A DNA stretch of 64,000 bases, from NCBI GenBank assembly GCA_003246855.1, contig QKCP01000051.1, forward strand, positions 36,095-100,094. Reading direction: 5' to 3'. This DNA is from Ilyobacter polytropus. Lineage in GTDB: Bacteria; Fusobacteriota; Fusobacteriia; Fusobacteriales; Fusobacteriaceae. The notes beneath the pieces were generated by a model that was not told the origin of the DNA, made no database searches, and worked only from the letters and a program-made list of their open reading frames with translations. Made by a program: the position numbers and the translations under genes. Positions 57,542-64,000 of the stretch are shown in pieces; the stretch's first letter is position 1, and each line of letters opens with the position of its first letter.

Positions 57542-60500
57542 CTATTCTACATAGCTGTCCACATCCACGCCGCTGTCCAAGAAAAGTGGCCTAACACTTG
57601 AGTTGTATGATTTTTCAGCCCCAAATATAGGCATATTAGGGAAGGTAAGTAGGGCTACTTCAAACGAAAGGCTCCACTCATAATCCTCTGTGGTCTTATC
57701 CCACTCGTTTTTAAATGCCACAGAAAATTCATAGAAATCCCTCTCTTTTCCGAGCTCCACCCCGTATTCGTCGAAGAGTTTTCCGTCGTCATCTTTGGAT
57801 GAATCCTCATCTAGTCTGGTGAAAAGCTTCAACCTCCACGAGTTGCTCGGTTCCCCTAGCTTGGTCTGCATTGCTATTTCGTGTTCCCTCTCAGTTTCGG
57901 TTTTGATCCATTCACCGGAGCTGTATTGAAAATTTGCGGTCTGGTCAAAAGCGTACGCCAGCTTTAATCTATTGTAGCCGGTTTCCAACCTTATCTCGCT
58001 CTCTTTTAAGCTATCGAAAAAGTCGCCGGTCTGGTCATAGTACTCCTTGTGTCTTCTACCCAAAAGTGAAACAGCGAAAAAGTTTTTGTAGTCGATCGGC
58101 TCCGCTACCTCTTCTCTTATGCTTTTAAGGTCAGTCCTAACAGCTTCTTCTTCGTTTTCATCCCCTTTATTCCTGTACTCATACCTCAAAGCTATAAGGT
58201 CCTCTTTATAGCTCTCGTCGCCGTCCAGGTAAGTATCTTCACGCTTGTCATAGGACTCATAACTGACATTGTAGAAATTCTCCACAGCCCCACCGTCTAG
58301 ATAGGACACAGAGTAGCCTTGATTTTTCGTATCCAAGTCCACTACGTCTTGAGTAAGATTTCGCCTCTCATCCTCACCCAACTTATACTCAAAATTCCAC
58401 TTGTTTTCACCACGAGACAGCTCATACCCGTATATGTTTTCCAAAAGGTTTTCGTCCACATCATCCACACCGGCACCATTTTTATCAGTTAGGGTGTAAT
58501 CTAGGTTTTCGCCTTTATAGTAAAGTTTGCTGCCTTTAAAAACATACTCCACTGAGTACTTGTTATCGTCCAATCCTATATCGTAAATTTCATTGTTTAT
58601 ATTCTCATAATCTTTTTTGTCGGTTTTCTCCAGACTGCTCTCAAATGCCAAGTAATGTTCTTCACCAAGGGCAAGCTTGAATTTGTTTCCGAGAACATCC
58701 CCCTCTCTGTCGTCGCTAGTCGGGTCGTATAGTTCTTTGTAGTCAAACGTATACTGGGCACCTTTTTCTCCTATCTTAAAGTCTACTGTATCACTGTATT
58801 GGTCGAAATCATCCCTGTTCTTAAATCTGGATTTTTCGTACTCCTCAACGTCACCCGACTCCCTGTCGCTTAAAGAGTATTGATTTTGTGCCCTGGCATA
58901 CCTAAAGGTATTTCCAAGGGTGGAATCCTCACCTACACTAAAGCTCTTTTGATGCGAAACGTAAAATTCATGTTTCTCAGTTTCATCGCCTTCGTCGTAC
59001 TCATCCATTCTGAGTGTGTACCCTGCTCCCATGCTTCCAAAAACCCAAAGTGGAAGTTTCTGCTCATCTAGTTTTATTTCAACAAAATCAGAGTTGTTCT
59101 CATATACCTGGTAGGCATCACCGGCTTGAAAATCCGTATAGGAGTAAACTCCTTCCCTGTCCCACAATTCTTCCTGGGTATTACCTGCACTCACTTTCAA
59201 ACTCAAAGTATCATAGGAGATGGAGGTTCCGAATTTCTCTTCCTCCACTTCCTGATACACCAAGTTTTCAAACCTGTTGTATTGGCTATCCCTTTTATTT
59301 TCAGTATCAGAGACATAACCTTCTCTGAATACATCATTATCCGTGTTCAGACTCTTTTCTGAGTAGTCATAGCTGTATTCAAATCCAGACTTTAGTTTGG
59401 TATCAAATAAGTTATACTCTCCGAACGTCAGCCCGTACCTTTTGGAGTTGGCCACATCATAAAGTGGTACCGTCCAAGGCACATATTTTATATCCAATAC
59501 CTCTTTTAGGTTCGGATCCCGTTCCCAGTACCTTAGACTCCTATACTGATCGCCGTTCTCCTCGCTGTAACTTGCTCCAACTTTGTAGTCCTTCGCTCCT
59601 AAGGCGAACCCGAAGTCCTCTCTCTTAGACTGCATGTCTTCTGGACTAGACCCAGCATCCAGGTCATCCAGGTAGTGGTAGTTTGAAGATATAAGGTAGC
59701 TTTCATTTTCTTTCTTAAAATCCAAATCAGTGTATAAGTCATGGTCTACTTTACTAGAATAACTGGCATTTTCAAGCTCATCGTCCACAATTTCCTGCAG
59801 AATTTCTTTTTTATCCACCAGGTACATATCTCCATAAAAATCTATGTCCTGATTAGCTCCGGCTCCCTTGACGTCGGATTTAAGAGAGTAAAACTGTATA
59901 TTCTCAGAATCACTAGGCCTAAGGTCTGCCTCGGTATATTTGGCGTCGTCTTCCTTCTCATCCCTCAGCTTTTGAAGTTCTTTCCAGTTATTGGCAGTGA
60001 CATTTCTATAAGCGAACTCGATATCTCCTCCGTTGGTCTCGTAGACGTGGGTGTAATCCAAATCCCACCTGTCATCTATGCTGCTATCTTTTTTGTAAAT
60101 AAGTGTATCGGTTAGGTTTATCTGCCCCCAGGTCTTTTCGGTGGGTTGCCATCTGTTCTCAAACCTTCCTATCAATAATCCAAGCTGGTCTGCAAATTTA
60201 GGAGCTATCCCTCCCTTGAAAAACCTGCTGTTTTTCCCGTATATAATACCCCAGCTTGTATAGAATCCGTAATCTTCATCAGATCCCACAATTGGGAAAA
60301 GCGGCACTTCTGATCCAGGCCTCAAGTTTATTGCATACCAAGGAAGCCAAACTACAGGGGTATCCTGTACATAAAGTTTGTTGTTGTGAAAACTGGCCTT
60401 CTCACTTGGCTCCACCACTATCTCAGCAGATGACACGTGGTATTGAGCATCTTTCGGATCTTCTACTTCCAAAACCTTCCTGGTTGTCGTCATCCAGGCA

Positions 60501-60928
60501 TCCTTGACAACTACCTTAGTTTCTGTACCCTCTCCTTGTCTGCCTCCAAAATATATACTGTCATCAGGAGCTTCCGCTCCTGTATCTACCTTTAACCTTC
60601 CTATCCCGTCCTGGAAGTAAAATTTCTTTTCATCCAGATCTAATTTAAGTGCCCCTGTCTCAAACTTCAAGTCAACATTGTCGTCTTCTATCTGAGCTAT
60701 AACATCTTTCTTTGCTTCAACTATGTTGTCTTCAGCATCTCTCTCTATTTCATAGGCTTTCAACCTTATATTATCGAATTTAAAGTTTACCCCGCCCTCT
60801 GCAGTTATTCTCTCATCTTTCAAATCTATGATAACCTCATCACTAGATGAGCTTTGTCCTATATTTTCCTGAGAAAAAGTTATAGAAGCCAGCAGAAAAA
60901 GAAAACCAAAATTCAACTTTTTATACAT
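57542..60928 (-). CDS. lptD: LptD-like LPS-assembly outer membrane protein (enlarged)
   Basis: Signal peptide MYKKLNFGFLFLLASITFS is followed by an OstA-like N-terminal domain (ITAEGGVNFKFDNIRLKAYEIE). The segment TPVVWLPWYAINLRPGSEVPLFPIVGSDEDYGFY is LptD-like. A long Tyr/Asp/Glu-rich beta-barrel-like region follows. Start taken at the ATG at 60928. Confidence 0.75.
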   Translation of the reverse strand: MYKKLNFGFLFLLASITFSQENIGQSSSSDEVIIDLKDERITAEGGVNFKFDNIRLKAYEIERDAEDNIVEAKKDVIAQIEDDNVDLKFETGALKLDLDEKKFYFQDGIGRLKVDTGAEAPDDSIYFGGRQGEGTETKVVVKDAWMTTTRKVLEVEDPKDAQYHVSSAEIVVEPSEKASFHNNKLYVQDTPVVWLPWYAINLRPGSEVPLFPIVGSDEDYGFYTSWGIIYGKNSRFFKGGIAPKFADQLGLLIGRFENRWQPTEKTWGQINLTDTLIYKKDSSIDDRWDLDYTHVYETNGGDIEFAYRNVTANNWKELQKLRDEKEDDAKYTEADLRPSDSENIQFYSLKSDVKGAGANQDIDFYGDMYLVDKKEILQEIVDDELENASYSSKVDHDLYTDLDFKKENESYLISSNYHYLDDLDAGSSPEDMQSKREDFGFALGAKDYKVGASYSEENGDQYRSLRYWERDPNLKEVLDIKYVPWTVPLYDVANSKRYGLTFGEYNLFDTKLKSGFEYSYDYSEKSLNTDNDVFREGYVSDTENKRDSQYNRFENLVYQEVEEEKFGTSISYDTLSLKVSAGNTQEELWDREGVYSYTDFQAGDAYQVYENNSDFVEIKLDEQKLPLWVFGSMGAGYTLRMDEYDEGDETEKHEFYVSHQKSFSVGEDSTLGNTFRYARAQNQYSLSDRESGDVEEYEKSRFKNRDDFDQYSDTVDFKIGEKGAQYTFDYKELYDPTSDDREGDVLGNKFKLALGEEHYLAFESSLEKTDKKDYENINNEIYDIGLDDNKYSVEYVFKGSKLYYKGENLDYTLTDKNGAGVDDVDENLLENIYGYELSRGENKWNFEYKLGEDERRNLTQDVVDLDTKNQGYSVSYLDGGAVENFYNVSYESYDKREDTYLDGDESYKEDLIALRYEYRNKGDENEEEAVRTDLKSIREEVAEPIDYKNFFAVSLLGRRHKEYYDQTGDFFDSLKESEIRLETGYNRLKLAYAFDQTANFQYSSGEWIKTETEREHEIAMQTKLGEPSNSWRLKLFTRLDEDSSKDDDGKLFDEYGVELGKERDFYEFSVAFKNEWDKTTEDYEWSLSFEVALLTFPNMPIFGAEKSYNSSVRPLFLDSGVDVDSYVE

Positions 60929-61144
60929 ATCGACACCACTCTCTCTAAGTATATTTAAGTGCTCCAAAGCATAAGAACTCTATTTTAGAGTATACCACAA
61001 TTTAATTCCATGTTAAAGTTTTTTGTTCCATGATCTAAGGTACCGTTTTCACGATTGCAGCCTTCTGGATAAAAGAGGAAATCCCAACCGGAACTCGTAT
61101 TAAATATACAGAAAAATGAACATAGACTAAAAGAGGAGGATTCT

Positions 61145-62968
61145 ATGAAACTGGAAAAAAAGTTAAAGTTCATCGATGTGTTCTGCATAGCTTCCGGGGC
61201 AATGATAAGTTCCGGTATTTTTATTCTTCCGGGCATAGCCTATGAAAAAGCAGGGCCATCAGTTATCTTCTCCTATTTCCTCGGCGGGGTTCTGGCTTTC
61301 TTGGGTATTTTAAGCATCATAGAGCTTTCTACTGCCATGCCAAAAGCCGGCGGTGATTATTTCTTCATAAACAGGAGTCTGGGACCTCTGGCTGGTACAA
61401 TTTCTGGCATACTCAGCTGGTTCGCCCTATCTTTAAAAAGCGCTTTTGCCATATACGGGCTTTCAGAACTTCTGCGTATTAACTTCAATATCAACCCAAT
61501 TTTTTCCTACATATCATTTGCAGTAGTCTTTATAATTCTAAATATAGTCGGCGTTGAGCTTGCTAGTAAGTTTGAGAATATAATCGTCATATCCCTTCTT
61601 GTAATACTGGGGTTTTTTATATTTTCCGGAACAACATCCTTAAATACCGAAAATTATCTACCATTTTTCAGAACCGGGATAAACTCATCTATATCCACAG
61701 CTTCTTTCATCTTTGTATCGTTTGGCGGGCTTATAAACGTAGCCAGTATATCCGAAGAGGTTATAGCTCCAAAAAAAAATATATCCCAAGGAATAATAGC
61801 CTCAATTGTATTGGTAACCATACTATATACCGCAATCCTTTTCATTACTGTTGGTACATTAGGGGGAGCTATGTCAGGAAATCTAACCCCCCTTGCAGAT
61901 AGCGCCTATATAATTTTCGGAAACAAGGGGTATATAATGATGTCCATAGGTGCCGTACTGGCTTTTTTATCAACAGCAAATGCTGGGATAATGGCCGCTT
62001 CTAGATATCCACTAGCCCTTGCAAAGGATAACCTTATCCCAACATCTATAAGCAAGGTAAGCCATAGGTTCAAAACTCCTTCAACCTCCATACTGGTTAC
62101 CGGCGCCTTTATAATTTCAGCAGGCTTCCTAAAGTTGGAAGTGCTTGTAAAAATGGCTTCGTCGGTTATACTTTTGACATATATACTTACAAATATATCA
62201 GTGATTATATTAAGAGAGAGCAAACTAGAAACTTACCGCCCATCATTTAAAACAAAGTTTTATCCATTTTTACAAATAATCAGTGTGGCGATATATATTA
62301 TACTGATTGTTGATATGGGGATAGCTTCTGTGGAGATTGCCTTTTTCTTCCTGGCCCTTACCTTAGGGGTATACTTTTTCTACGGAAGAAAAAAGTACAG
62401 CGGGCAGTTCGCTATAGGATTGATCCTAGAAAGGATCATAGACAAAAAAGTGGCAAATCGCCATTTGGAAAAAGAGTTAAGAGAGATTGTCCTCAACAGA
62501 GACGAGATAGAGTTAGACCGATTTGATGACTTGGTGCTAAACTCCACAGTATTCGACTTTGATAAAACTTTAAATCTAGATGAAGTTTTTAAAATTTGTA
62601 TTTCAGAACTGCACAAAGAGTACAGTGTAAACACCGAAAGCGTAAAAAAGGAATTCTTTTCTAGGAAAGGAATAGAACATACCGCCATAAATGAATTTTT
62701 AGCCATACCACATATAGTAGTAAACGAGGATATCTTAAAACTTTTTATTGTTAGAAATAAATCAGGCATACGATTCAGTGAAAAAGCTGACTCTATAAAA
62801 TGTATGTTTATTCTTATAGGAACCAAAAACGATAAAAAGTTCCATCTGCAAACTCTAGCTGCAATTGCTAAAATTTCTTTGGAGAAAGGTTTTGAAGAAA
62901 ACTGGTTAAGAATAAAAAGTGAGAGCATAAAGGAATTTATAATACTCTCTGAAAGGAAAAGGTTTTAG
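61145..62968 (+). CDS. APC-superfamily amino-acid permease fused to a C-terminal PTS EIIA type-2-like domain (paralog of 11098..13011)
   Basis: RBS AAGAGGAGG. The N-terminal region is near-identical in places to the other copy (IASGAMISSGIFILPG, MPKAGGDYFF). The C-terminus carries GIEHTAINEFLAIPH ... SIKCMFILIGT ... FHLQTLAAIA. Confidence 0.8.
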   Translation: MKLEKKLKFIDVFCIASGAMISSGIFILPGIAYEKAGPSVIFSYFLGGVLAFLGILSIIELSTAMPKAGGDYFFINRSLGPLAGTISGILSWFALSLKSAFAIYGLSELLRINFNINPIFSYISFAVVFIILNIVGVELASKFENIIVISLLVILGFFIFSGTTSLNTENYLPFFRTGINSSISTASFIFVSFGGLINVASISEEVIAPKKNISQGIIASIVLVTILYTAILFITVGTLGGAMSGNLTPLADSAYIIFGNKGYIMMSIGAVLAFLSTANAGIMAASRYPLALAKDNLIPTSISKVSHRFKTPSTSILVTGAFIISAGFLKLEVLVKMASSVILLTYILTNISVIILRESKLETYRPSFKTKFYPFLQIISVAIYIILIVDMGIASVEIAFFFLALTLGVYFFYGRKKYSGQFAIGLILERIIDKKVANRHLEKELREIVLNRDEIELDRFDDLVLNSTVFDFDKTLNLDEVFKICISELHKEYSVNTESVKKEFFSRKGIEHTAINEFLAIPHIVVNEDILKLFIVRNKSGIRFSEKADSIKCMFILIGTKNDKKFHLQTLAAIAKISLEKGFEENWLRIKSESIKEFIILSERKRF

Positions 62969-62984
62969 CAATAATCAGAAATTT

Positions 62985-63008
62985 AAAAGGAGCCATTTGG
63001 CTCCTTTT
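62985..63008. terminator. Bidirectional terminator between convergent transporter genes
   Basis: AAAAGGAGCCA-TT-TGGCTCCTTTT palindrome. Confidence 0.75.
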
Positions 63009-64000
63009 AAATTGTTTCTGCTTTTATTTTTGAATATTTTTTAGATATCTTATTTACTATTATTGCTATAGCACCATCGCCAGTTACATTTGTAGCTGTA
63101 CCAAAGCTGTCTTGAGAAAAATGAAGTGCTATCATAAGTGCCTGATGCGAAGCACCAAACGAAAGCATGTTTTCAAGAAGCCCCAAAGCAGCCATCACCC
63201 CTCCACCTGGTATACCAGGTGCTGCAACCATGGTTACACCTAGCATAAGTATAAACGGAAACATCATGGCCATGGTGGGCTCTACACCCATACCAAGCAT
63301 GAACCCCATACTACCTAAAACTAATGCTATAGTATCTCCGGCCAGGTGTATAGTCGCGCATAAAGGCACCACAAAATCCACCACATCCTCTTCCACACCG
63401 TTTTTCCTAGAACACTCCAAACTAACAGGTATGGTGGCTGCAGACGATTGCGTCCCCACAGCTGTAAAATATGCCGGAAGCATATTTTTAAGTGCACCAA
63501 CAAGGGGTTTACCAGTGTATGCATTCACAGCTATGTACTGGATCATTATGTAAACTGCCTGCATCGCCAGTATTAGTGCAAAAATTGAAGAAAACGCCTT
63601 TATGGTAGCCAAAAGCCTACCTTCTGCGGTAATCCTTGAAAATATACCTGCAATGTGAACCGGAATAAGCGGAATTACGACTTTAGATATTACTTTACTT
63701 ACTATCTTTTGTAAGTCCGACACAGCTTTAAAAAGGTTTTTTTCTTTCAGATTTGCCATACCTAGTCCAAGCAAAAACGCTAATACCAAAGCGGACATTA
63801 CTCCTATGACAGCTGGCATCTCAATTGTAAAGTAAGGCGAAATATCTATACCACTTTTTTCTCCGAGTCCGCCTAACTTGTTTACCAGTTTTGGCAGTAC
63901 TGCCTTTCCAGCAAAAAAAGCTAAAAGACCTGCTATTATAGTGGAAGTATACGCAATGGCAACAGTAGAAATAAATATATTGTTTGCCTTTTTCCCGAGA
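63007..64000 (-). CDS. Dicarboxylate/amino acid:cation symporter family protein (SstT-like Ser/Thr transporter); 5' end beyond window
   Basis: The listed ORF begins at an internal Met. The same frame stays open to nt 64000 (..LGKKANNIFISTVAIAYTSTIIAGLLAFFAGKAVLPKLVNKLGG..YFTIEMPAVIG). C-terminal motifs GTQSSAATIP, PLCATIHLAGD and TNVTGDGAIAIIVNK fit the DAACS/SstT family. Confidence 0.8.
   Translation of the reverse strand, partial: LGKKANNIFISTVAIAYTSTIIAGLLAFFAGKAVLPKLVNKLGGLGEKSGIDISPYFTIEMPAVIGVMSALVLAFLLGLGMANLKEKNLFKAVSDLQKIVSKVISKVVIPLIPVHIAGIFSRITAEGRLLATIKAFSSIFALILAMQAVYIMIQYIAVNAYTGKPLVGALKNMLPAYFTAVGTQSSAATIPVSLECSRKNGVEEDVVDFVVPLCATIHLAGDTIALVLGSMGFMLGMGVEPTMAMMFPFILMLGVTMVAAPGIPGGGVMAALGLLENMLSFGASHQALMIALHFSQDSFGTATNVTGDGAIAIIVNKISKKYSKIKAETI

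Noticed and set aside
60985-61236. 83-aa minus-strand ORF between the lptD-like gene and the permease gene
   Set aside because: It overlaps the RBS and first 30 codons of the well-supported plus-strand permease gene, has no RBS, and its translation is low-complexity.
1-64000. CRISPR arrays, tRNA/rRNA genes, prophage or defence-island genes
   Set aside because: No regularly spaced direct repeats were seen. No intergenic region shows tRNA-like acceptor and T-arm signatures or rRNA-like GC-rich conservation. Apart from one IS, no integrase, restriction-modification, Cas, retron, toxin-antitoxin or abortive-infection signatures were recognisable in any ORF.

Overview
AT-rich bacterial chromosomal segment, about 90% coding, with nearly all genes on the minus strand. 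The content is mostly housekeeping. DNA repair and recombination: ruvA, uvrA, recR, ruvX, mutS. Translation: alaS, thrS, rlmI, dusB. Central carbon metabolism: ppdK, ptsI, pyk, pfkA, accDA, glyA. Division and envelope: minDE, rodA, murI, secDF. A complete but dispersed LPS-transport set is present: lptF/G, lptB, a giant LptC/LptA-like protein and a large LptD-like protein. The host is therefore a diderm, yet it shows Firmicute-like synteny (accD-accA-pfkA-pyk). That combination fits Fusobacteriota or a similar lineage, but this is inference only. I saw no rRNA, tRNA, CRISPR array, prophage or recognisable defence operon. The only clearly accessory patch is about 23.1-27.15 kb. It holds an intact IS with target-site duplication, a small membrane protein, a GntP-family permease, an orphan gene cassette and a decayed duplicate of the permease 3' end. 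The observations I rate highest are: (1) a Shine-Dalgarno-preceded 13-codon Thr-rich mini-ORF with interlocking complementary segments and a strong terminator just upstream of thrS, a candidate leader-peptide attenuator for an aminoacyl-tRNA synthetase rather than a T-box; (2) a 1093-aa membrane-anchored protein of reiterated OstA/LptA-like strands directly upstream of lptB, possibly a single-polypeptide Lpt bridge; (3) two paralogous APC-family permeases with a C-terminal PTS EIIA type-2-like domain; (4) a GlgE-like GH13 protein that appears to lack the catalytic nucleophile. Two partial genes at the window edges are missing from the ORF track and were found by direct translation. All functional calls rest on by-eye motif recognition, and no database search was possible.
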